From Deltaproteobacteria bacterium (lineage in GTDB: Bacteria; Desulfobacterota; GWC2-55-46; JAJCZF01): a stretch of DNA of 64,000 nt. Each line of letters begins with the position of its first letter. Positions within the stretch are counted from its first letter, which is position 1. The notes under the pieces were generated by a model that saw only the letters and a list, made by a program, of their open reading frames with translations, ran no database searches and was not told the DNA's origin. Shown here piece by piece: positions 9,803 through 19,544 of this stretch. The translations under genes and the position numbers were made by a program. The DNA lies in contig JAJCZF010000083.1 in the NCBI GenBank assembly GCA_029262535.1, forward strand, positions 37,094-101,093, written 5' to 3'.

Positions 9803-10408
9803 TCAGGCCTTACCCGATAAAATCTTTAGGGATTCTTTCAAAATGGTCTCAAAACCTGCGTCAGGATTATCCTTGGCAACCTTCCTGACCGCGTCGGTTG
9901 CGACATTCCTCTTGTAACCGAGATTCGATAAGGCGCTCAAGACGTCGTCGCAAAGCGCGTCGCCAAGGTTATCAGAGGAACTTCTGACCGCGCCCGATAG
10001 GGCGAGTTCGCCGACCTTTTCTTTCAATTCCAGAAGCAGCCTCTCGGCGGTCTTTTTACCGAGGCCGGGCACGCGCGTGAGCGTTGCGACATCACCATCG
10101 AGCACAGCCGCGGCAAAGTCCCCCACCGTAATGCCAGATAAGATGGAACAGCCAAGCTTCGGCCCTATTCCGGTGACGGTCGTAAGCAAGAGAAAGAGCC
10201 TCTTCTCGTCCACCGTATAAAAACCGTAGAGCTTAATGGAGTCTTCCTTTACCGCGGTATAGACCTTTAGAAAGACCTCCACGCCGGGCTCCGGCAGCGC
10301 ATAAAAGGTCGAGAGCGGCACGATGAGTTCGTATCCCACTCCATGAACGTCAACAATAATAGTGTCGGCGTTCTTCTCGGTCAGTATTCCTTTTAGAGTA
10401 GCTATCAT
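9803..10408 (-). CDS. ruvA: Holliday junction DNA-binding protein RuvA
   Basis: MIATLKGIL... is a typical RuvA N-terminus, with HhH motifs (GIGPK, GLGKKTAERL). ATG 10408 has an AGGA RBS. The GTG 10438 extension in the track runs into a REP palindrome. Confidence 0.9.
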   Translation of the reverse strand: MIATLKGILTEKNADTIIVDVHGVGYELIVPLSTFYALPEPGVEVFLKVYTAVKEDSIKLYGFYTVDEKRLFLLLTTVTGIGPKLGCSILSGITVGDFAAAVLDGDVATLTRVPGLGKKTAERLLLELKEKVGELALSGAVRSSSDNLGDALCDDVLSALSNLGYKRNVATDAVRKVAKDNPDAGFETILKESLKILSGKA

Positions 10409-10434
10409 CAGAGTATAATATCCTGTTATCGCCG

Positions 10435-10460
10435 CCACACAGGTGTGGTTTTATTTCGCG
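10435..10460. repeat. REP-like palindrome
   Basis: CCACACAGGTGTGGttttatttcgcg. Confidence 0.7.
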
Positions 10461-10527
10461 GTAAAAACCTTTTAGGAAACGGATGCTTTCTTACCCGCGC
10501 CCTAAAGACTTGTCAAAAACAGCTTTT

Positions 10528-11028
10528 CTACAATCTTCTATCCGTACCGCCCGCTAAGGCCAGGCGGTAGCTGTGGAGGTGGCATATGGCGGCGGCCAGA
10601 GAATCGGCCTCGTCCGCTCCGGGGGCCTTTTCTAACTTTAGGAGGCTCTTTACCATCTGCTGGACCTGCGCCTTTTCAGCCGAACCGTAACCGGTGACAG
10701 ACTGCTTGATCTCCTTGGGGCTATATTCGTATATTGAAAGACCGGCCTCGGCCCCCTTTAAGAGGACGACGCCGCGCACCTGGCTCATCACGACCATGCT
10801 CTTGACATTTTTGGAAAAAAATACGGACTCTATCGAGACGGCGTCGGGCCTGTGTGTTCTTATGACATCTTCGAGCGAGCGTGATATCTCAAGCAACTTT
10901 GACGAAAGACTGGCCTTTGCGCCGGGTTTTATCTCTCCGCTCGCTATGAGAGTAAGCCGCCCGCCGTCCTCATCGACAATACCATAACCTAAAACCCGCG
11001 AACCGGGGTCTATGCCGAGGACCTTCAT
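10528..11028 (-). CDS. ruvC: Crossover junction endodeoxyribonuclease RuvC
   Basis: 166 aa. MKVLGIDPGS..GYG N-terminus, with the catalytic acidic residues and overall pattern of RuvC. Confidence 0.9.
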   Translation of the reverse strand: MKVLGIDPGSRVLGYGIVDEDGGRLTLIASGEIKPGAKASLSSKLLEISRSLEDVIRTHRPDAVSIESVFFSKNVKSMVVMSQVRGVVLLKGAEAGLSIYEYSPKEIKQSVTGYGSAEKAQVQQMVKSLLKLEKAPGADEADSLAAAICHLHSYRLALAGGTDRRL

Positions 11029-11099
11029 CTATATAAAACGGTATCTTTTATTGTCATATACCTTGATTGAGTCACTATAGAAATAATTTAAAGATACTT

Positions 11100-11143
11100 G
11101 TTGGGTTTCGCTACGCTGCGCTTCACTCTACCCAACCTACACG
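11100..11143. repeat. GTTGGGT...ACCCAACCTAC hairpin repeat (second dispersed repeat family)
   Basis: gttgggtttcgctacgctgcgcttcactctacccaacctac. Related copies lie at 31905-31940 and, inverted, at 62677-62708. Confidence 0.65.
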
Positions 11144-11154
11144 ATCATATAAAA

Positions 11155-11168
11155 GCACACTTGTGTGG
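11155..11168. repeat. REP-like palindrome core
   Basis: GCACACTTGTGTGG immediately 3' of the yebC stop codon. Confidence 0.6.
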
Positions 11169-11918
11169 TTAGAGCGCTTCCATATCTTCTTCGCTCATAT
11201 CGAAGTTGGCGTAGACCGACTGTACGTCGTCGCAGTCTTCGAGCGCGTCTATGAGGCGCATGGTCTGGGCCGCGAGCTTGCCCTCTACCTTTATCGTATT
11301 TTTCGGTATCATCGTCGCCTCTGAGACATCGAGCGTAAAGCCGCCTTCGATCAGCGCGCTCTTTACGGCCATGTAGTCGCCGTACGCGCAGTAGATCTCA
11401 AAGATTCCGTCCTCGGGGCTCGCCACCACGTCGTCGGCTCCGGCCTCGATGGCGGCCTCCATCAGGGTATCCTCGTCGGTCGTATCCATGGGCACGGTAA
11501 AGAAACCCTTTGCCTCGAAGATCCAGCCTACCGATCCGTTCTCGCCGAGATTGCCGTTATTTTTGGCGAATGCGAAACGTACTTCGGAAGCGGTGCGGTT
11601 TTTATTGTCGGTCATATACGATACGAGCACGGCGACACCACCGGGGCCGTAACCCTCGTAGGTGCCTTCTTCATAATTTACGCCCTGCAACTCTCCCGCG
11701 CCTTTTTTAATGGCGCGTTCGATATTGTCGGCCGGAAGCGACATGCCCTTGGCCTTGTCAACGGAGGTGCGAAGGCGCGCGTTGGCCGACAGGTCGGGGC
11801 CGCCCATCTTGGCGGCGACCATGATCTCCTTTACGAGTTTACTAAAGAGCTTACCGCGTTTGGCGTCGGTACGGGCCTTTTTGTGTTTGATTGTAGACCA
11901 CTTGGAATGTCCTGACAT
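11169..11918 (-). CDS. yebC: YebC/PmpR-family DNA-binding transcriptional regulator
   Basis: 249 aa starting MSGHSKWSTIKHKKARTDAKRGK, the hallmark of the family. Confidence 0.9.
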   Translation of the reverse strand: MSGHSKWSTIKHKKARTDAKRGKLFSKLVKEIMVAAKMGGPDLSANARLRTSVDKAKGMSLPADNIERAIKKGAGELQGVNYEEGTYEGYGPGGVAVLVSYMTDNKNRTASEVRFAFAKNNGNLGENGSVGWIFEAKGFFTVPMDTTDEDTLMEAAIEAGADDVVASPEDGIFEIYCAYGDYMAVKSALIEGGFTLDVSEATMIPKNTIKVEGKLAAQTMRLIDALEDCDDVQSVYANFDMSEEDMEAL

Positions 11919-12133
11919 AGTGATTTAACCTCCTTAAAAACTCGAATAAAGAGTAAGGCCGTCGCAAAAAAACATATTTTGCAAAATTAAGAGAGACGAC
12001 CGCCTGCTTTAATATATTTGATATTTGGCCCGGAATATAACATTTGAAAGTTAACATAAAAACGGCATTCATGCAAATGGAGATTAGGTGAAAAAGGATA
12101 AACTTAAGAGGCAACGCGACGGACAAGGCCGCC

Positions 12134-13555
12134 TCATTCGGCGTTATCCGGGCCGGTGGCTCCGCCGCCATCTTTAGGCGGGATAAGGGCGTGCTCTCTC
12201 ATCTTATTAAGCAATGTATTTCTGTGTATCTTTAATTTATCGGCGGTGCGTTGCCTGTTCCAGCCGTGTTCTACAAGTGTTTTCTCTATGAAACCGCGTT
12301 CAAAGGCCTTAACCGATGCGTGAAAATCGTCGCTATTAAGAAGATTAAGATCGGTTTCTTTGCGGACCTTTGTCTCACCTGCCCGCCTGAATTCGGCTGG
12401 AATATCGGTTGTGCCTATGATCGAGTTATCCGGGATGGTCACGGCGAGACGTTCAATAAGGTTTTCAAGCTCTCGAATATTACCGGGCCATGAATAGTCC
12501 TTTAATATATCAAGGGTTCTCGAACTTACGCCACGAATATTTTTGCCGATTTCCTTACTATAACGCTCTATGAAATAAAAAACGAGAGGGCCTATATCCT
12601 CCACCCTCTCGCGTAGAGGCGGGATGCGAATGGGAACGACATTAAGCCGCCAATAGAGGTCGTCTCTGAAAGTGCCTTTATTTACCATCTCATAGAGATC
12701 GACATTCGTGGCGGCGATAACCCTGATATCCGATTCTATAGTTCTATTTCCTCCGACGCGTTGAAAGGACTGATCGTTCAGTACGCGAAGCAGTTTCACC
12801 TGAAGCTCCATTGAGAGTGTCGATATCTCATCAAGAAAGACCGTGCCGCCGTCGGCATATTCGAACTTACCGGCCTTCCTCTTCATTGCCCCGGTAAAGG
12901 CCCCCTTCTCGTGGCCGAAAAGCTCGCTCTCCATAAGGGCCGGGCTCACGGCGCCGCAGTTTATGGCGACAAAATGCTCTTTAGTTCTATTGCCACTTGC
13001 GTGAATGGCGCGGGCAACCAACTCCTTGCCGGTGCCGCTCTCTCCCGTGAGCAGGACACCGGCGCTCGTAACAGAGACCCTCTGAACCATTTCGAGCATG
13101 GCGGCCATAATACCGGACCTGTAGATAATACCTGCGAAGTGAGAGGAGAACAAGGGCTCCGCGGGAAGCGCCGGGGGCCGTTCTTTAAGAGCGGCTCCGC
13201 CCAGATACCTTTTAACTACCGTCAGGAGTTGTTCCTTGTCAAATGGAGCGGTTATATAGTCATAAGCGCCCATCTTCAGGGCCTTGACCGCATCTCGTGA
13301 ACCGCCCGCGCCGGTGATGGCGATAATACCCATATCGGGTTCCTGCTCACGAATCTTCTCTATTGCCCCGAACCCGACACCGTCGTGGCCCGAGAGCTCC
13401 ACAAGGGCAAGATCTACGGAGGCCCTGCGCAAAAGGTCGAGCGCCGAGCCGGCTCCATCGACAGAGACAACCCTAAACCCGCTGCTCTTTACAAGGTTGA
13501 CGGAGTTTTTCAACGCCGCGCCTGGTGCGACTATCATTACCAAGGTTTCTTTCAC
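12134..13555 (-). CDS. Sigma-54-dependent Fis-family transcriptional activator with degenerate receiver domain
   Basis: 473 aa. AAA+ sigma-54 interaction motifs [14 protein letters not shown] and [15 protein letters not shown], plus a C-terminal Fis-type HTH. The receiver lacks the acidic pocket (IVAPGA), the phospho-Asp position is Glu (LALVELSG) and the conserved Lys is Ala (ITAPF). Confidence 0.85.
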   Translation of the reverse strand: MKETLVMIVAPGAALKNSVNLVKSSGFRVVSVDGAGSALDLLRRASVDLALVELSGHDGVGFGAIEKIREQEPDMGIIAITGAGGSRDAVKALKMGAYDYITAPFDKEQLLTVVKRYLGGAALKERPPALPAEPLFSSHFAGIIYRSGIMAAMLEMVQRVSVTSAGVLLTGESGTGKELVARAIHASGNRTKEHFVAINCGAVSPALMESELFGHEKGAFTGAMKRKAGKFEYADGGTVFLDEISTLSMELQVKLLRVLNDQSFQRVGGNRTIESDIRVIAATNVDLYEMVNKGTFRDDLYWRLNVVPIRIPPLRERVEDIGPLVFYFIERYSKEIGKNIRGVSSRTLDILKDYSWPGNIRELENLIERLAVTIPDNSIIGTTDIPAEFRRAGETKVRKETDLNLLNSDDFHASVKAFERGFIEKTLVEHGWNRQRTADKLKIHRNTLLNKMREHALIPPKDGGGATGPDNAE

Positions 13556-13666
13556 GATTCACCGGTTATTATCAAAAAACGTTCTACAATAAAGGAATGA
13601 CTATGTTATCATATTTACCATTCAGAGTTCAAAGACGATAGGTCTTCAACTATCAAGAGCGTGAGC

Positions 13667-13696
13667 TTGACACGGGGTTTTTGACTATAGTACAAT
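13667..13696 (+). promoter_or_regulatory. Candidate sigma-70 promoter for the NHL gene
   Basis: TTGACA (13667-13672), 18-bp spacer, TACAAT (13691-13696). Confidence 0.35.
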
Positions 13697-13750
13697 AAAG
13701 TATTGTGAGCGCAGCATAACAACCTAACATAAAATAATCGGACAGGGCTA

Positions 13751-14815
13751 ATGACAAACTATAAAAAACACCTCCTTCGGGCCGTAACGCTACTGGCAAT
13801 CGTCGCTATTTTTTCTGGATGTACACCTGTAGAACAACCAAAGCGCGTATGGCCAAGTCCACCAGACATACCGAGAATCAAATACACTACACGTTATACG
13901 GGACCGGCCGACCTTGAGAAAACATCCCTTATCTCCGACGTAGTCCTGGGCGGCAGGCCGGTTACAACAATAGTAAAACCGATGGGGGTCCATGTTGACA
14001 ACAATGACAAGTTATATATAGCCGACACGGCGCTTGCAACCGTCTTCGTGCTCGACCGCAAGAAGAAAAAGGCAGGAAAACTTGTCCGTTACGGAAGATC
14101 TCCATTTGGCAAACCTATGAATATTGTCACCGACGACTTCGGAAACGTCTATGTCACAGACCTGGCCGGTAGCGCCTTGCTTGTCTTTGACGCGGAAACC
14201 GGTCAATACAAGAGGCATGTAGCCGAAGGACAGAACATCTTTACTAAACCGGCAGGGCTCGCCATCGACAAGAAGAAGATGAGACTCTATGTATCTGACA
14301 CCAAAAACCACCAGATATACGTCTTTGATATAAAGAGCGACAAGCTAATACAAACCATTGGAAGCCGCGGTCCCGGCGCCGGTCAGTTTAACTTTCCCGG
14401 TCATATTACATTCGACCAAGGTAGCAGCCGTCTCATAGTGAGCGACACAATGAACGGGCGCGTCCAGGTCTTCGATAGCAAGGGACGTTTCTTGCTCAAG
14501 TTCGGCAAGTTCGGTGACGGGCCTGGTGATTTTGCGAGACCCAAGGGTATTGCCGTGGACTCGGAACATAATATCTACGTAGCCGACGCCGCATTCAACA
14601 ATATCCAGATTTTTAACGACGAGGGGCAGATACTTATGGCATTCGGAGGGTACGGCAGCAATGCCGGCGCATTGCTACTGCCCGCCGGGTTGTCCATTGA
14701 CAAGGACGACTATATCTACGCATCAGACTCATGGAATGAAAGAATTAATGTCTATGAATTTCTCGGAGATCAACATAAAGACAGAAAGAGCAGAGGAATA
14801 ATTCTGGAGAAATAA
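13751..14815 (+). CDS. NHL-repeat beta-propeller lipoprotein
   Basis: 354 aa. Lipobox IFSGC. Six repeats of the NHL pattern (P.G.A.D..GN.YV.D..N.R.(Q)VF). Confidence 0.8.
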   Translation: MTNYKKHLLRAVTLLAIVAIFSGCTPVEQPKRVWPSPPDIPRIKYTTRYTGPADLEKTSLISDVVLGGRPVTTIVKPMGVHVDNNDKLYIADTALATVFVLDRKKKKAGKLVRYGRSPFGKPMNIVTDDFGNVYVTDLAGSALLVFDAETGQYKRHVAEGQNIFTKPAGLAIDKKKMRLYVSDTKNHQIYVFDIKSDKLIQTIGSRGPGAGQFNFPGHITFDQGSSRLIVSDTMNGRVQVFDSKGRFLLKFGKFGDGPGDFARPKGIAVDSEHNIYVADAAFNNIQIFNDEGQILMAFGGYGSNAGALLLPAGLSIDKDDYIYASDSWNERINVYEFLGDQHKDRKSRGIILEK

Positions 14816-14844
14816 AGACAGATTAATTTAATTTAATTTTCTTC

Positions 14845-14873
14845 TTGACTTAAATTAATTATCGAGCTATAAT
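14845..14873 (+). promoter_or_regulatory. Near-consensus sigma-70 promoter
   Basis: TTGACT (14845-14850), exactly 17 bp, TATAAT (14868-14873). It lies about 260 nt upstream of the cytochrome ATG. Confidence 0.55.
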
Positions 14874-15136
14874 GACCTTAATCATGCTGCACAGATGCAA
14901 GGCTCACGACGGGCACTCATCGGCATGACTATATAATTTTAAGGATCGGTTCTCATGTTGGGTATCGAATCCTGTGGCGAAGACGCCGCAATGTTATCTA
15001 TGACAGATGACGTTGGAGGCTTTTTTTTATGCCTTCTACTAAGACCGATGGAGGTCTTATCACCTTAAGCCGCCGAATCATTTAGGACGGCGGACATTTT
15101 CTTGAGGTTCTTTTAACATTTGAAAGGAGCAGGTTA

Positions 15137-16036
15137 ATGAAAAAGTTTTTAGCTTTAGCCCTCGGCCTTGGCCTCGTATTTGCAGTAGCCAACACCTCCG
15201 AAGCGACTAATCCCTCAGATCTAGGCGACAACGCCATCGCCGGCGGTATTGTTGGCTCACGTCACAACCTTGGCGCATGGGGCGTCCACTTTGTAGCGGA
15301 TAACTCCGACTCCAACGGTGGAACTTCCGAAGTTTGTATCTGGTGTCACACCCCTCACCACGGCTCAACCACTGCGCCGTTGTGGAATAAGGGTACCCAG
15401 ACCAACACTGGTGATTACATCGGTTATGGTACGACCATTGCCGGAACCAGCGCCGACACCACACCGGGCGCTGCTTCCCTCGCTTGCTTGAGCTGTCATG
15501 ATGGTGTCAACACAATCGACACCCTCGTAAACGCTCCTGGTAAGGGTAACGACGGTTCCAACAACTCCACCAGAACCGACTTCAACTGGACATTCACCGA
15601 AGACGGTAACACCGTTAACGATAGCTTAGGTTCCACAAGATTGAACCTCGGTACTGATCTCAGCAATGATCACCCGATTTCGATCACCTACGTTGCCAAC
15701 AACGCTTCCCTGAGGGCAACATCCGTAGTAATCTCCACACTCGACATGTCCACGACGTCCATGACAGCTGGCGACGGTAGCGACGACCATTCCTCGACTA
15801 CGATCACCAACAGGTGGAGCGTAAAGGGTTACATCAACCCGGGCGCAACCATCTCCGATCTCCTCAGGAGCGGTAAGGTTGAGTGTTCTTCCTGTCACGA
15901 TCCGCACTTCTCCAACAAGACTTGGGATGAGACCGAGTCTGCTTGGGGCGGCGAGTCTGATTCCGATGGTCTCTTCCTCAGAAGAGTCGGCGGAAACTCC
16001 CTCTCCGGTGTATGTCGTACCTGTCACGATAAGTAA
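15137..16036 (+). CDS. Secreted tetrahaem c-type cytochrome (paired-CXXCH type)
   Basis: 299 aa with a signal peptide and AAGGAG RBS. Four CXXCH motifs (CIWCH, CLSCH, CSSCH, CRTCH). The SRHNL...C..CH.PH pattern resembles doubled-CXXCH domains. Confidence 0.8.
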   Translation: MKKFLALALGLGLVFAVANTSEATNPSDLGDNAIAGGIVGSRHNLGAWGVHFVADNSDSNGGTSEVCIWCHTPHHGSTTAPLWNKGTQTNTGDYIGYGTTIAGTSADTTPGAASLACLSCHDGVNTIDTLVNAPGKGNDGSNNSTRTDFNWTFTEDGNTVNDSLGSTRLNLGTDLSNDHPISITYVANNASLRATSVVISTLDMSTTSMTAGDGSDDHSSTTITNRWSVKGYINPGATISDLLRSGKVECSSCHDPHFSNKTWDETESAWGGESDSDGLFLRRVGGNSLSGVCRTCHDK

Positions 16037-16085
16037 GCGTGACACGACAGTGTTGAGGGTGTAAACCCAAGACCGAAGATCGAAA

Positions 16086-16120
16086 AGAGGCGGGCCAGCA
16101 ATGGCCCGCCTCTTTTTTTT
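16086..16120 (+). terminator. Intrinsic terminator
   Basis: AGAGGCGGGCC-agcaat-GGCCCGCCTCT stem followed by T8. Confidence 0.85.
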
Positions 16121-16307
16121 ATTTCCACCTCCGCACCCTGCCTTTTAACACTATAAAAAAGAGAGAAATTATCATAGAACTCCTTTTTCATAGACCTCCA
16201 TAACTGAAAGCGCCGCCATAACCCAATGGACGCTAAAAAGAGATCAAACAGATATAGACCCTCCCGCTTATTGATTAAGTTCGATTTAACTGTTATTATT
16301 TTTAAAT

Positions 16308-18269
16308 ATGAATAGAGATGAAAACAAGAGCTACCTCGCCGGGAAAGGGATTGAAAGCTTTTACCCGTTAATTCCTTTTATCGCTTCCTTTCTATTATAT
16401 GCGAGAACGCTCGGACACGGCTTTGTATATGATGACGGGGAACAGGTACTTAATAACCCGTGGCTCTCTGGGCTAGAGTCGATACCAAAAATTTTCATCT
16501 CCGCCGCCTGGGACTTTTCGACATATATGGCAGGCTCTAATTACTACAGGCCGATTATGCATATCTCCTTTCTCCTTGAGAAGCTCGCATTCGGCCTTAC
16601 GCCATGGGCATTTCACATGGTCAATATACTGCTCCATTCCGTAAACTCTCTTCTGGTCTTTATAACGGCAAGGCTTATCTTTAAGGCCTTGCTAGAAGAA
16701 AGCGACCAGGAGAATTTCCGCCACAAGACCGGTCTCTCGCCCGCCTACCCACTACTTGCGGCCCTCATCTTTGCCCTTCACCCTATAAACTCTGAGGTGG
16801 CGAGCTGGGTCTCGGCCCTGCCTGAGCTTACTTTTACATTATTTGGCCTGATAGCCTTCATCATACATATAAAAGCCGGTTCAGAGAGCAATATTCCACT
16901 TAGAATCCTCTCAGCGGCCTTCTTCCTACTGGCTCTCCTGTCAAAAGAGACGGGCGCGGCATTTTTTCTGATAATATTGGCATTCGATTACTCGTTAAGG
17001 GGGCGCTACATCCTCAGGCGCTGGTCGCACTACCTCCCCTATATTGCGGCATTTTCTATCTATTTGACACTTCGTTTCTACGCCCTCTCCGGCCTTGCCG
17101 GAAAGAAGATGATCGAGATCACCCCCTGGGAGTCGATCATAAATGTCGCCCCGTTGCTTACATCCTACCTATGGAAACTGCTCGTTCCTGTAAACCTTAG
17201 TGTAATATACCCTTTCGAGCCGGCCTCATATATAACGGAAGCTCGCACATTAGGCTCGCTCTTAGTGCTTGCTCTATTCATAGCTCTAATCATATATTTT
17301 AGGAAGAGACGCACTCTCTTCTTCACACTACTTTGGATTGTCATTCCACTACTGCCCATACTATACCTTCCCGTTGTATCTGTCGGCGGTTTTGCCGACA
17401 GATACCTATACCTCCCTTCCGCCGCCTTTGCGATTCTAATCTCATATATATCGATAGAGGCAGGTTCCAAAACCTCTTTGAGCCAGAGAAAACGGTTTTT
17501 ACAGATATTCTTTCTCTGCCTTCTTACGCTCTACGCTCTCGGCTCGGTAAGTAGAGCCGGTGTCTGGAAAGATAACTTTACACTCTGGAGCGACACGGTA
17601 AAGAAGGCCCCGGAAAGCTCGCTGGTTCAAGCATCGCTCGCATCCGCCTACTATGACGCAGGCAAAACGGATCTCGCTTTAGTCCATTACACGAGGGCTA
17701 TCGAGCTTGAACCAGGCAACTTCCGCGCACACTATAACCTCGCGTTAATATACGAGAAATCAAGTAGCCTTCCCCTGGCTGTAAAACATTACCGCCTCTC
17801 TGTATACTCTAATCCACTCTTTGAAATGGCGCACTTCAACCTTGCTATAGTCTACAACAAGAGCGGGCAGAGGGCCTTGGCCATTAACTCTTACAAAGAG
17901 GTTATTAAGGTAAATCCAGCCAACTATCGCGCTTACTCCAACCTTGCATGGCTCTTTATGGAAGAGGCTGATTACTCGCGCGCAGTCGCCTCTTTTAAAA
18001 ATGTGCTAAGGTACGATCCGTCCAATTTACGCGCCACGGGCGGGCTCGCCATGGCCTATCACGGCCTTGGAGACTGGTCTCGCGCTACCCCGCTCTACAA
18101 GGCGACGATCCGGGCAAACCCGGACGATTTCGATGCCCGCTACAACCTTGCGACAATATACTCCGTAACCGGAAGAAATGGCGAGGCCATAGCCGAGCTT
18201 TCCGAATTACTTCGACTTTATCCCGCTCATTCAGAGGCGCGAATAAAGCTACGGCAACTCCAGCAGTGA
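16308..18269 (+). CDS. TMTC-like polytopic membrane protein with C-terminal TPR repeats (putative protein O-glycosyl/mannosyl-transferase family)
   Basis: 653 aa. N-terminal FVYDDGEQVLNNPWL motif, about 9-11 TM helices, then at least 6 TPR units (AHYNLALIY, AHFNLAIVY, AYSNLAWLF, ...). Confidence 0.75.
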   Translation: MNRDENKSYLAGKGIESFYPLIPFIASFLLYARTLGHGFVYDDGEQVLNNPWLSGLESIPKIFISAAWDFSTYMAGSNYYRPIMHISFLLEKLAFGLTPWAFHMVNILLHSVNSLLVFITARLIFKALLEESDQENFRHKTGLSPAYPLLAALIFALHPINSEVASWVSALPELTFTLFGLIAFIIHIKAGSESNIPLRILSAAFFLLALLSKETGAAFFLIILAFDYSLRGRYILRRWSHYLPYIAAFSIYLTLRFYALSGLAGKKMIEITPWESIINVAPLLTSYLWKLLVPVNLSVIYPFEPASYITEARTLGSLLVLALFIALIIYFRKRRTLFFTLLWIVIPLLPILYLPVVSVGGFADRYLYLPSAAFAILISYISIEAGSKTSLSQRKRFLQIFFLCLLTLYALGSVSRAGVWKDNFTLWSDTVKKAPESSLVQASLASAYYDAGKTDLALVHYTRAIELEPGNFRAHYNLALIYEKSSSLPLAVKHYRLSVYSNPLFEMAHFNLAIVYNKSGQRALAINSYKEVIKVNPANYRAYSNLAWLFMEEADYSRAVASFKNVLRYDPSNLRATGGLAMAYHGLGDWSRATPLYKATIRANPDDFDARYNLATIYSVTGRNGEAIAELSELLRLYPAHSEARIKLRQLQQ

Positions 18270-18521
18270 AGCGCCTTGTAACCTACAGTTACCTTTTCTT
18301 AGTTTCTCTCATCTATGGCAGAGCTGACGTGCGACAAAGCGCTTTTAATCAAACCAGGGAGATTAAAAACTTTTAATTGCTCTCTAATCGCGTTTTTAAT
18401 GGATAACGGTTAAAATAAGCTCTGATAATTAACATTGAATATTCTGAAGTTTTTTACGTTTCTCGATATACCGCCACCTTACCGGTCGGTAGATTGAGAA
18501 ACGTCTAGCGGGAGGCATAAA

Positions 18522-19544
18522 ATGAAGACTGTATTAACTACGATTCTATCGGCTTTCTTATTCATCTTTCTCACGATATTACCCGGCCCGGCCCACTCAG
18601 TCGAAGACGCCGACATAGGTCCAGACCCAAGGCTGAAGGTCGTTGTCAGCGTCGGAGATGTCGATATCACAGAAGAAAATCTTCAAATCCACATGCAAAG
18701 ACTAATCCCAAAGTTGGCCTTCCACTCATCGGTATCCGAACGCCGCATGAAGATAATAAGAGAAAAGGCGATAGAAGAGCTTATCAGCGACATTGTCATT
18801 CTGCGCGAGGCCAAAGAGCTTAATGTCACGGTCAAAGAGTCCGACGTTAAAAGGGCGGTCAACCAGATCAAGAAGAGAACCCCCAGAGGGCAATCGTTTA
18901 AGGATATTCTCAAAAACAGCAATATGACCATCAAAGATTTCAAGGACGAGCTCCGTGACGGTTTTATAAAGAGCAAGTTAAAAACCAATAAAAAAGAAGA
19001 GTTTGCCGCTATCGCTACGGAGACGGTGAATAAGGCTTATCTCAAGGACTATTATGAGAAGAACCTGCCCAAGTTCGTAGAGCCCGCCAGGTTGCGCGTA
19101 AGTGAGATACTTATAAAGGCAGACCCGTCCGGCGGCAATAAGGCATGGTCCGCGTCCTACAAAAAAAGTAAGTCCATATATGATATATTAATGGCTGGCG
19201 GCGACTATGTAGAACTTGCCAAAGAACACTCCGAAGACCAGTTCGCCGAAAAAGGCGGAGATCTCGGCTGGGTACACGAAGGCAGCCTTACCCCGGAGGT
19301 AGACAAGGCCCTGAGCATGATTAAGAAAGGAGAGATAACAACGCCGATAAGAACACTCTACGGCTTCCATGTCTTTAAGATAGTCGACAGGCAGGAAGCG
19401 CACCAAAAAGCCTTTGAGCACCTAAACCACGCAAATCTTACTAAGGAGCTGCACAAGAAAGAATCTGAAAGGCTCTGGAATGAATGGTTTGCCGCTATAA
19501 GCAAGAAGGTCAAAATAGTCAGGCACGACAATGAAGATAAATAG
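18522..19544 (+). CDS. Periplasmic parvulin-type peptidyl-prolyl isomerase (SurA/PpiD-like)
   Basis: 340 aa with a signal peptide. PpiC domain motifs (GGDLGWV..., YGFHVFKI). GGGAGG RBS. Confidence 0.8.
   Translation: MKTVLTTILSAFLFIFLTILPGPAHSVEDADIGPDPRLKVVVSVGDVDITEENLQIHMQRLIPKLAFHSSVSERRMKIIREKAIEELISDIVILREAKELNVTVKESDVKRAVNQIKKRTPRGQSFKDILKNSNMTIKDFKDELRDGFIKSKLKTNKKEEFAAIATETVNKAYLKDYYEKNLPKFVEPARLRVSEILIKADPSGGNKAWSASYKKSKSIYDILMAGGDYVELAKEHSEDQFAEKGGDLGWVHEGSLTPEVDKALSMIKKGEITTPIRTLYGFHVFKIVDRQEAHQKAFEHLNHANLTKELHKKESERLWNEWFAAISKKVKIVRHDNEDK

Noticed and set aside
10409-10438. Track-predicted N-terminal extensions of ruvA (GTG 10438), the NtrC-like regulator (37923), amt copy 1 (41412), both flagellins (54229, 56207), the spermidine-synthase-like gene (21138), the lipoprotein (53078) and the porin-like gene (44301)
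   Set aside because: In each case an internal start gives the canonical family N-terminus or a proper signal peptide and has a well-placed SD. The extensions lack SDs or overlap repeats or upstream genes.
7977-11172. Possibility that the recurring CACAC..GTGTG palindromes form a CRISPR array
   Set aside because: The copies are separated by whole genes (0.6-1.8 kb), vary in sequence and are not regularly spaced. No cas genes are present.
14955-14990. tRNA-like T-loop string GGTATCGAATCC in the cytochrome leader
   Set aside because: The flanking bases do not form a T-stem, and no acceptor or anticodon arms can be drawn. No tRNA gene is supported anywhere in the window.
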